This document shows positions 26,682-41,905 of a DNA stretch of 64,000 nt, piece after piece. The stretch is taken from the NCBI GenBank assembly GCA_016176685.1, contig JACOWS010000002.1, positions 94,608 to 158,607 of the forward strand, read 5' to 3'. The position numbers were made by a program, and so were the translations under genes. Position 1 is the stretch's first letter. Every line of letters starts with the position of its first letter. The notes beneath the pieces were generated by a model. The model saw nothing but the letters and a program-made list of their open reading frames with translations, had not been told where the DNA came from and ran no database searches. This DNA comes from Patescibacteria group bacterium (GTDB lineage Bacteria; Patescibacteriota; Minisyncoccia; Phycocordibacterales; SBAW01).

Positions 26682-27380
26682 ATGAGATCACCATATGCAT
26701 TGCCTATCACTATTGTTGTTGCGGGGTTGCTTATTGCCGGAGCGGTTTTTTTGGTCGGTACGAGCAGAACGCCGGGGACTACCGGCACCGATGGAACAAT
26801 TAAGGCGCAGGCCTACGACCCAAGCCGCGACCATATTTTGGGCAACCCCAATGCGCCGGTTAAAGTCATAGAGTATGCGGACCTTGAGTGCCCGTATTGC
26901 AAGACCTTCCACACCACGATGCACCAGGTTATGGACTACTACGGCGAGGGCGGCCAAGTGGCGTGGGTATACCGGGCATTCCCGCTTACTTCAATCCACT
27001 CCAAAGCACCTAAAGAAGCTGAAGCGTCCGAGTGTGCAGCAGCACAGGGTGGCGATGCGGCCTTCTTTGCCTACCTCGACAAAATCTATGAGATTACCCC
27101 ATCGGAAAACAATCTCGACTTGGCAGAGCTTCCTCTGGTGGCCGGGCAGTTGGGGCTCAATGTAGACGCATTCAACAAATGCTTAAACGACGGCACCTAC
27201 TCGGCAAAAGTCACCGCAAGTTATAACGAAGCTATAATTGCAGGCGGCCAGGGCACGCCCTACGTGCTGATTATGGCAAACGATGCGTTGGTGCCGGGCG
27301 GCAACCTCTCCGGCTCACAGCCGTACGACTCTATGCGCGCCATCATCGACGCAGTCCTCCAAGGGATCCCGAGCAACTAG
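26682..27380 (+). CDS. membrane-anchored DsbA-like thiol:disulfide oxidoreductase
   Basis: 232 aa. N-terminal TM anchor. Thioredoxin-fold CPYC active site. Confidence 0.75.
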   Translation: MRSPYALPITIVVAGLLIAGAVFLVGTSRTPGTTGTDGTIKAQAYDPSRDHILGNPNAPVKVIEYADLECPYCKTFHTTMHQVMDYYGEGGQVAWVYRAFPLTSIHSKAPKEAEASECAAAQGGDAAFFAYLDKIYEITPSENNLDLAELPLVAGQLGLNVDAFNKCLNDGTYSAKVTASYNEAIIAGGQGTPYVLIMANDALVPGGNLSGSQPYDSMRAIIDAVLQGIPSN

Positions 27381-27385
27381 AGCCA

Positions 27386-27446
27386 AACAAAAACCCTCCG
27401 CGCAAGAGTAAGGGTCGCGTGTATCTCTCCGGAGCGGAGGGTTTTT
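27386..27446. terminator. palindromic element at the dsbA-like / nuclease convergent junction (family element A)
   Basis: AAAAACCCTCCGCgcaagagtaagggtcgcgtgTATCTCTCCGGAGCGGAGGGTTTTT. Outer stem CCCTCCGC/GCGGAGGG. Homologous to 43861..43936. Confidence 0.5.
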
Positions 27447-27459
27447 GCTTGGCTCCTCC

Positions 27460-28302
27460 TTACTCCTGCGGGCGGAAGTGTGCGTCATACTCTTCGGGGT
27501 TTACGTTGATGCGGTAAATATCAAACGAGTTCTCCCCCTCAAACAGGTCGGAGGGGTTAGGGAGGAACACCTGTGTTTTAGCAACTGCGGCCGTCGCGTC
27601 GCGTATAAGGCGGTTAAAGATAACAAACTCCTGCCGATAGACACGAAAGTCTATACTATAGCGCCGCATCTGGGAGGCGCCGTCGCGGTTAGCGGACACT
27701 TTGCACTCGTGCACGATAAAGCGCCGAACCGGCCTGTTAAACGTCTTTTTGACCGTGTAGTAATTAAAAATCGCTTGGAGAACAAACAGTGGTTTGTCCG
27801 CCTTTTGCGGGCTAAAAGCCGAGACAAATTTAAAGTCGACCACATCGACCCCGCGCGGGTCTACCTTGCTTTGTACCACCAAGTCCGAAACTGCTTTGAT
27901 AGGCAGCGGCAGCCCGGACACCTCTACCGTGGCCTTGGACTCGACCCCCAGCACGCGGTACTTAGGCGGCCGCGCCAAAAAAAAGTTAACGGCCTGCAGA
28001 TACTCGCGTTCCATCCCCGCGCGCCTCTTTTTTTTGGCGGCGCGGGTTTTTGCTTTACCAAAATTTATTTCAAAGTCGGGAGTGTTGCGCATATACTCTA
28101 GCCCCAGTGCCACCGCACCCTCCTTCCCTATCCCGCTGTAGTAATGCTCAAGCGCCTTGTGCGCCGCCCGCCCGATAACCGCCGCGGGCGAGGTGGGCGT
28201 GTCGTACACTTCCTCGACATAGCGCTTGTACCAAGCTAAAGGATTTCGCAAAAAGGTCACCAAAGAGGAGTGGCTCCAGTGTTTTATAGGTAGCTCGGCC
28301 AT
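27460..28302 (-). CDS. PD-(D/E)xK superfamily nuclease-like protein (RecB/Cas4-like fold, no Fe-S cysteines)
   Basis: 280 aa. N-terminal HWSHSSLVTF...YKRY and a D...VDVVDFK motif consistent with PD-(D/E)xK. Only one Cys, so not Cas4. Confidence 0.55.
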   Translation of the reverse strand: MAELPIKHWSHSSLVTFLRNPLAWYKRYVEEVYDTPTSPAAVIGRAAHKALEHYYSGIGKEGAVALGLEYMRNTPDFEINFGKAKTRAAKKKRRAGMEREYLQAVNFFLARPPKYRVLGVESKATVEVSGLPLPIKAVSDLVVQSKVDPRGVDVVDFKFVSAFSPQKADKPLFVLQAIFNYYTVKKTFNRPVRRFIVHECKVSANRDGASQMRRYSIDFRVYRQEFVIFNRLIRDATAAVAKTQVFLPNPSDLFEGENSFDIYRINVNPEEYDAHFRPQE

Positions 28303-28380
28303 TACCCCGCCAGTATACCCCAGGCGTATATGTCACAAAAAACAAACCCACTATCCTGCAGATTTATTTTTTGCTCTTCA

Positions 28381-29676
<1,296 letters not shown>

Positions 29677-29735
29677 GTAGCGCACAGCATACCACACCAG
29701 GACATATAAGGGAACAGACGTCTATGCGGGAGGCC

Positions 29736-31442
29736 CTACTTTCGCAACTCTTGCTGGCGGCGCGCAAGCTCTGTAATTTTTTTTGTATCTTCGCCTGCTT
29801 GGGACAATTCCTCGCCGACAATGTGCTCCTCCACGCGGCGCAGCAGGTCGCCAACCACCTTGACTTCGTTTTCGCTGGCATCGCATTCGCTGTCGAATGC
29901 AAACCGTAAGGCCTCCGCGTGCGACAGTAACTTTTCTTCCAGTGCTAGTATCCGCTCGGCCCCCACCAACTCTATAAGGCGTTTATGCATCGGGCCGTCT
30001 TTTTCTCCTCCGGAAAAATGATACAAAAGCATGCCAACCGCCCGCTCAAAAGCGGATAGTTCCGGCATGGCTGGAGCCCCTTGTGGCGAATCCTCGGCCG
30101 GCTCGGTAAGAGCCGGCCGTTTGGCCACCTCGGCCATAACCGCTTCTTCGGGGACCTTAAGGCGAGCCGCTACCAAAGATATAAAGTGTGCCTGCTCTAT
30201 ACGGCTTTTAAGCGCCGCAACAAGAGGCAGCACCTGCGCCTCAATCAGGCGCTCATATGCTCGGTTATCGCGCGCGCCCGCTTGCAGTGTGTCGAGAAAA
30301 AACTCTACGGCGGTTTTAGAGGTGCGGATAGCCGCCTTGAGAAGCTCGGGGTTTTGCCCGGCAAGGTCGGCCGGGTCCTTACCCTCGGGGAAAGTTGCGA
30401 CCTTTACCTCAAACCCGTCCTTGAGTGCCATAAGGGTGGACTTGAGGCCTGAACGTAGCCCCGCTTGGTCGGCATCAAGCGCCAGGACGAGGCGTTTGGA
30501 GAACCGTCCGAGTAGAGACAGGTGCTCTTGCGTAAGCGCCGTGCCGGAGAGCGCCACGGCAAACGGCAAACCAGACTGATGCGACAAAATGAGGTCAAAC
30601 TGCCCCTCGACTAACAGGATGCAGTCGGCCTTGCGGATAGCCTGCTTGGCGCGGTCAAAGCCATAGAGAATGCGAGATTTTTTAAACAGCAAAGTCTCCG
30701 GTGAGTTTACATATTTGGCGCTAGACAGCTCGCCCCGCGAGCTGTCGGCCGAACTTCCGGCTTTGCCGGAAGTTTTAGGCGGCATTTCTTCAAAGATCCT
30801 GCCCGAAACCGCGACCACCCGCCCGCCGGTATCCATAATGGGAAATATGATCCGGCCGCGGAAGCGGTCAAAAATTTCGCCCGGCTTTTTTTCCGACCGC
30901 ACGGCAAACCCCGCTTCAACAATGTGGTCTTTGCTAAAACCTTTTGCAAGCAGATGTTTTGAAAGCTCTTCCCAAGCGGCAGGAGCATACCCCAGCCGCC
31001 ACGTTGCCTCGGTAGTCGGCTCTACCCCGCGGTGGTGTAAATACTCCCGCACATCCTTTCGTCCCTTAAGATTTGCTTCAAAAAATTTTACCGCTTCTTC
31101 GCACACTTCTCGCAAGTGTTCTTCTTTTTGTTTGTCTTCCGGACGTTTTGGAGCCCTGTGTTCCAGTGTGACCCCTGCCTTTTCTGCAAGTTGCGCGAGC
31201 GCGGTCGGGAAGTCGCTCCCCTCTATTTTTTGCACGAAGGAAAAGACATCGCCCTTTTCCCCGCAACCAAAACACATGTAGGTGCCGCGCTCCGGCGAGA
31301 CAAAAAACGACGGCGTGCGCTCTTTGTGGAAGGGGCACCGCGCGGTGTAGTTGCGGCCGGCTTTTTTGAGCGGTACATACTGCCCCACCACGTCCACAAT
31401 ATTCAGCCGTGCCTTTATTTTTTCAACATCCGACCCTGCCAT
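29736..31442 (-). CDS. dnaG: DNA primase
   Basis: ORF 29736..31472. CPFHKERTPSF...CFGCG zinc ribbon, Toprim domain. Start at MAGSDVEK. Confidence 0.9.
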   Translation of the reverse strand: MAGSDVEKIKARLNIVDVVGQYVPLKKAGRNYTARCPFHKERTPSFFVSPERGTYMCFGCGEKGDVFSFVQKIEGSDFPTALAQLAEKAGVTLEHRAPKRPEDKQKEEHLREVCEEAVKFFEANLKGRKDVREYLHHRGVEPTTEATWRLGYAPAAWEELSKHLLAKGFSKDHIVEAGFAVRSEKKPGEIFDRFRGRIIFPIMDTGGRVVAVSGRIFEEMPPKTSGKAGSSADSSRGELSSAKYVNSPETLLFKKSRILYGFDRAKQAIRKADCILLVEGQFDLILSHQSGLPFAVALSGTALTQEHLSLLGRFSKRLVLALDADQAGLRSGLKSTLMALKDGFEVKVATFPEGKDPADLAGQNPELLKAAIRTSKTAVEFFLDTLQAGARDNRAYERLIEAQVLPLVAALKSRIEQAHFISLVAARLKVPEEAVMAEVAKRPALTEPAEDSPQGAPAMPELSAFERAVGMLLYHFSGGEKDGPMHKRLIELVGAERILALEEKLLSHAEALRFAFDSECDASENEVKVVGDLLRRVEEHIVGEELSQAGEDTKKITELARRQQELRK

Positions 31443-31480
31443 AGTCCCCCTAGTGTACTCCACCCACCCCACCCCTCCGA

Positions 31481-31509
31481 CTTGACGAGGTGAGAAATTA
31501 AAGTTAAAA
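31481..31509 (+). promoter_or_regulatory. candidate sigma-70-type promoter (TTGACG-17-TAAAAA) for small ORF
   Basis: Hexamers read directly. Followed by SD AAAGGGGAGG 8 nt before the ATG at 31539. Confidence 0.3.
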
Positions 31510-31538
31510 AGTATTTAGAAAGAAAAGGGGAGGTCCTT

Positions 31539-31718
31539 ATGGAAAACTCAAGATACAGACCGGTTACCCTTGCGTGTGCTTTTATGTTGAGCGCCTATAT
31601 CGGCTTTTTGTCCGGCATGATGGTGTGGGTGGAGTTTGCATCCGCGCAGTTGAGCCTAGGCGTTGCCGCGCTTGTATGTGCGGTTATGATGGCAGCCTGG
31701 CTCACCAAGTGTATTTAA
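31539..31718 (+). CDS. 59-aa two-helix hydrophobic small protein (below the ORF-track cutoff)
   Basis: ATG preceded by strong SD (AAAGGGGAGG, 8-nt spacer). Translation MENSRYRPVTLACAFMLSAYIGFLSGMMVWVEFASAQLSLGVAALVCAVMMAAWLTKCI. Intrinsic terminator hairpin ~60 nt downstream. The track's 31574..31792 ORF in another frame is Arg/Cys-rich junk. Confidence 0.4.
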   Translation: MENSRYRPVTLACAFMLSAYIGFLSGMMVWVEFASAQLSLGVAALVCAVMMAAWLTKCI

Positions 31719-31776
31719 GGCACTGGCCAAGGACAGCAGCCCACGCGGGTAACACTCGCACCAGTTCGCAACGCCA

Positions 31777-31810
31777 AACGGCGGCCCCATAGGCCGCCGT
31801 TTAATTTTTT
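31777..31810 (+). terminator. Rho-independent terminator (AAACGGCGGCC-loop-GGCCGCCGTTT + T7)
   Basis: 11-bp perfect stem followed by AATTTTTTTAT. Lies between the small ORF and the rpoBC stop. Confidence 0.5.
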
Positions 31811-31824
31811 TATAACTCAATTTG

Positions 31825-38703
<6,879 letters not shown>

Positions 38704-38941
38704 AGTGTTATAGGTTACGCGAGCGAACGGTTAGTAATTGGGGCAAAACTACTTATGTAAAAAGTTGCAAGGACGTTATCCACAACCCATTAACACGAAA
38801 ATGGCGGACACATAGAGCGTCCTCCTTTGCAGGTCCTTATTTCCTCTTAGGTGGCTCCCATTGCCACTTTGTTATTATCGAAACCGAGTCACCGTTACTC
38901 AATCTCCGCCGGCTGGCGGATGCCCTCTTAGTTTCGCTACC

Positions 38942-38969
38942 CAGTATACTCGGCCCATGCAAGCTGTCA
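38942..38969 (-). promoter_or_regulatory. candidate promoter TTGACA-16-TATACT upstream of rpoBC (about 230-nt leader)
   Basis: On the minus strand: cTTGACAgcttgcatgggccgagTATACTg. Confidence 0.4.
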
Positions 38970-39051
38970 AGAGCCGTTTCCACAACCTTGTCACCGTCTC
39001 TTAATTATGGCATAGTGACCAGCAGACAGTCTGACGCGAAAGGAACTGATC

Positions 39052-39588
39052 ATGCACGAGTTAAAACATTATACGGATCCTTTTGACTTTATCCGCTACG
39101 CTCTTTCCTGCGAGCAAAGTTATGCAGGGGGCGGCAAAGCGGCATCCGTTCCTGAAATGCCCGGGTGGAAGGGGTACGAAGTATCAGACCCAGAGCGTAA
39201 ATGGCGGTTGGTTGATCGCTACTGGGTCAACAAGAGTGGAATGTCCGGCGGCTATACCTGCATGTGGGACGGCCGTGACATAAAAATGTACATGACCCTC
39301 CAAGGGTTTTACCCAAAAGAAGCCACGCTATTTCTGCGTGAGGTTCTCAAGTTCACCCACACGCACCATAAAGAGTTCCTCGGCTTCCGTGGTGCTTCGT
39401 GGTTGTCTAGGCCAAAACTCGGCTTCATATACAAAAATCGAATGTCTTCTGCTGAGGGGTTTGATCAGCCAAGCTGCTTCCGTGGCAAAGAGGCCGTCTA
39501 CAGGATTCTTCCGTCTAGTGAAGACGACCCGACCTCTTCAGCAACCCAGGTCGGATATCACCTCTATCAAGGTGCGATGTTCGCTTAA
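39052..39588 (+). CDS. hypothetical protein
   Basis: 178-aa ORF with SD AAAGGA 8 nt upstream. No recognisable domain. Followed by a strong terminator. Confidence 0.55.
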   Translation: MHELKHYTDPFDFIRYALSCEQSYAGGGKAASVPEMPGWKGYEVSDPERKWRLVDRYWVNKSGMSGGYTCMWDGRDIKMYMTLQGFYPKEATLFLREVLKFTHTHHKEFLGFRGASWLSRPKLGFIYKNRMSSAEGFDQPSCFRGKEAVYRILPSSEDDPTSSATQVGYHLYQGAMFA

Positions 39589-39593
39589 AAATA

Positions 39594-39628
39594 GAGCCGG
39601 AGCGCATTTGCGCTCCGGCTCTCAATAT
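39594..39628 (+). terminator. Rho-independent terminator (12-bp stem GAGCCGGAGCGC/GCGCTCCGGCTC)
   Basis: Perfect inverted repeat with 4-nt loop, followed by a T-rich tract. Confidence 0.55.
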
Positions 39629-39676
39629 TTCTACTAAATTTCTACCAATTTATAAAAACTTTACACAAAACTAGTC

Positions 39677-39716
39677 TTTACCATATATACCGCTATAGCA
39701 TTGTTTATGGTAAATA
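39677..39716. repeat. cassette-2 flanking element, copy A (TTTACCATATATACCGCTATAGCATtgtTTATGGTAAATA)
   Basis: 37/40 identical to copy at 40324..40362. Terminal inverted repeat TTTACCATA/TATGGTAAA. Ends 11 nt from the stop codon of the 39728..40318 gene. Confidence 0.7.
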
Positions 39717-39727
39717 CCTTGTTGCAT

Positions 39728-40318
39728 TTATTCTAAATCAAAATGCTGTTTAAGGTGTTTATCGTTCTCTAATCCTTCCGCAATGATATATAGAATGCCC
39801 GACCCAAGCTTTAGATCACTCCGTATGAATGCAATAAGTTCTTCGCAGGGATACGGGTGTACCCAGACGCTGTCTTGCAACATATAAAATCCAGCTTTCT
39901 TAAGGATGTTTCGCAACCGCTCTCGAACTTGCTTGCGTTTCTCCCACACATCAAAAATGACCACCCTCCATTTTCCATCCCATCGACGCGGCTGGCGAAT
40001 TTCTATACGACGGACAACCTCAAGCCGTTCGGCAAATTTCTCACCCTTTGTGGTCAATAGTATTCTCCACTCCTTCCCTTTTCCTTCTTGCTGAACAAGA
40101 CCACGAGACTCTAGACGTCTTACAGCTTGTTGGATACGATACCCAGGCTTACGTTTTTTTGCGAGGTCTGGATCAATGCGCTTTAACAGCCTGAGAGTGT
40201 TTGGAGCTAGTAGCACCATAGAAAGTGCGGCCGCACTGTACAGAGCAAGGACGAGGCCATCCTGTACTCGAACTCGTTTAGTAATTTTTCGGCTTCGCTC
40301 CTCTAACTGCCCCATCAC
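39728..40318 (-). CDS. PaaX-like wHTH + Cas2-fold protein (paralog 2 of 3)
   Basis: 196 aa. RRWDGKWRVVIFDVWEKRKQVRERLRNILKKAGFYMLQDSVWVHPYPCEELIAF. About 45% identical to the 1305..1886 protein over the C-terminal half. Confidence 0.7.
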   Translation of the reverse strand: MMGQLEERSRKITKRVRVQDGLVLALYSAAALSMVLLAPNTLRLLKRIDPDLAKKRKPGYRIQQAVRRLESRGLVQQEGKGKEWRILLTTKGEKFAERLEVVRRIEIRQPRRWDGKWRVVIFDVWEKRKQVRERLRNILKKAGFYMLQDSVWVHPYPCEELIAFIRSDLKLGSGILYIIAEGLENDKHLKQHFDLE

Positions 40319-40323
40319 TCCAG

Positions 40324-40362
40324 TTTACCATATATACCGCTATAGCATAAATTATGGTAAAT
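40324..40362. repeat. cassette-2 flanking element, copy B
   Basis: Direct repeat of 39677..39716. Begins ~5 nt upstream of the GTG/ATG start. Confidence 0.7.
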
Positions 40363-40410
40363 ATGTTTTGATTTAGATTGTAACTGTAAAAACTATAGCC
40401 ATTGAGCTAC

Positions 40411-41088
40411 CTATGCAGGCTTGCTGCGCTTTTTTTGCTTCCAGCTATCCATGTTGGCGTGGTGGCCGGAAAGGAGCACTTTGGGGACCCGGTACGACTT
40501 CCCTCTTACCTTCAAAGCTTCTGGGCGGGTATATACATCGTGGCTGGCTACTCGCGACTCTTCCAGTGACTCAAACTTCCCCAACACACCCTTAAGTTGG
40601 CGTGCTGTGGCGTCTATAACAGCTAGTGCTGGCACCTCGCCGCCGGTCAAAATGTAGGGACCTACAGACACTTCCTGTGCTTTTAGTATCTTTTTTGCAC
40701 GTGCATCGATACCCTCATATCGGCCACAGACAATGATGACATCTTTTTGTTTAGTAAGTTCTTTGGCGTAAGCGTTTGTCAGAGGTTTGCCGCCTGCCGC
40801 GGTGATAATCACCTTGGCGCGAGGCTTGTTCTCTTTTATCTTACGCACCGCCGCTAGTATCGGTTCGGCGCGCAAAACCATACCCGGGCCGCCGCCGTAG
40901 GGACGCCCGTCTACTTTGCCCCACTTGTTGCCTGCAAAGTCGCGCAATTGGTAGGTTTTAACCGACAAAATTTTCTCCCGCCGGGCAGAGCTCTCTGGGC
41001 GGCGCCTTTTTTGCGCGCGGCCCAAAATAGACGCGCTCGTATACGCCTCTATTACTTTGGGAAAAAGAGTGACGACGTGAAAATTCAC
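40411..41088 (-). CDS. trmD: tRNA (guanine37-N1)-methyltransferase
   Basis: 225 aa. SPOUT knot motifs YEGIDAR, GGEVPALAVIDA. Confidence 0.9.
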   Translation of the reverse strand: MNFHVVTLFPKVIEAYTSASILGRAQKRRRPESSARREKILSVKTYQLRDFAGNKWGKVDGRPYGGGPGMVLRAEPILAAVRKIKENKPRAKVIITAAGGKPLTNAYAKELTKQKDVIIVCGRYEGIDARAKKILKAQEVSVGPYILTGGEVPALAVIDATARQLKGVLGKFESLEESRVASHDVYTRPEALKVRGKSYRVPKVLLSGHHANMDSWKQKKRSKPA

Positions 41089-41112
41089 GTGTTATTTAAT
41101 ACCACAAAAAAA

Positions 41113-41484
41113 CTAGAGTTTCAAGTCTTCCATCGCTTCATCGACAGATTTCATCGAGGGGGATGCGGGCTTCTCGTGGGAGCCGTCCCATCCTTCGCCA
41201 GTCTCCTTTTCGCCCCCAACAAAACGAGTGCTCCCTGCGGGCTCGTTTATTTTGAGGTTTACTCGGGCATTGTGCTTCATGCCAACCACGCGCAAAAGCG
41301 TACGTATAGCTTTGGCGGTATTGCCGGAGCGGCCTATCACCTTGCCCATGTCTTCCGGATTAAGGTCGAGAGCCAAAAGAACGCCCATCTCGTCGACGGT
41401 GCGGTTGATTTTGACATCGTCCGGATGCTCAACCAGCCCTTTTACCACAAACTCCAAAAAATCTTGGTCTCTCTCTGCCATCAC
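41113..41484 (-). CDS. KH-domain RNA-binding protein (YlqC-like)
   Basis: 123 aa. KH fold (VIGRSGNTAKAIRTLL). Canonical position between rpsP and trmD. Confidence 0.8.
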   Translation of the reverse strand: MMAERDQDFLEFVVKGLVEHPDDVKINRTVDEMGVLLALDLNPEDMGKVIGRSGNTAKAIRTLLRVVGMKHNARVNLKINEPAGSTRFVGGEKETGEGWDGSHEKPASPSMKSVDEAMEDLKL

Positions 41485-41519
41485 AGTATATTTAGTTAAA
41501 TAAAAGTACCTCTTATATT

Positions 41520-41864
41520 CTATTGAGTGGGAGTCTCTTCGGCAACCGCGTTATCCACTGCGGGGGCTTGCGCATCCTTGCCTTCCATGGCTTTCGCATA
41601 GGATGGGAGCACGTTTATTTTTTTGGCGTCTATAATTTTTTGCGAGACCAGCAGATTATGCACCGTGTCGCTTGTTTGCGCGCCGTGCGCCATCCAGTGT
41701 TTGATACGCTCAATTTTAAGGTCAACCCGGTCACTGCGCGAGTCGTAGGAGCCCACCATTTCGAGATAATTGCCGGTCTTTGGTTTTTTCTTTGAGTCAA
41801 CTACAATAACCCGAAAACTCGGGTCATTTTTGCGGCCAACGCGGCTGAGGCGGATCATGAGCAT
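41520..41864 (-). CDS. rpsP: 30S ribosomal protein S16
   Basis: MLMIRLSRVGRKNDPSFRVIVVDS... with typical C-terminal extension. Confidence 0.9.
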   Translation of the reverse strand: MLMIRLSRVGRKNDPSFRVIVVDSKKKPKTGNYLEMVGSYDSRSDRVDLKIERIKHWMAHGAQTSDTVHNLLVSQKIIDAKKINVLPSYAKAMEGKDAQAPAVDNAVAEETPTQ

Positions 41865-41905
41865 GTGCGCGACACTGTAGCATACTCATGCTATAGTGGC
41901 AAGAA

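Noticed and set aside
27445-28101. 218-aa plus-strand ORF
   Set aside because: Antisense to the PD-(D/E)xK nuclease-like gene, with no motifs.
31574-31792. 72-aa plus-strand ORF from the track
   Set aside because: Arg/Cys-rich, no RBS, and it reads through the intrinsic terminator hairpin. The 59-codon ORF at 31539..31718 in another frame has a strong SD and hydrophobic two-helix composition.
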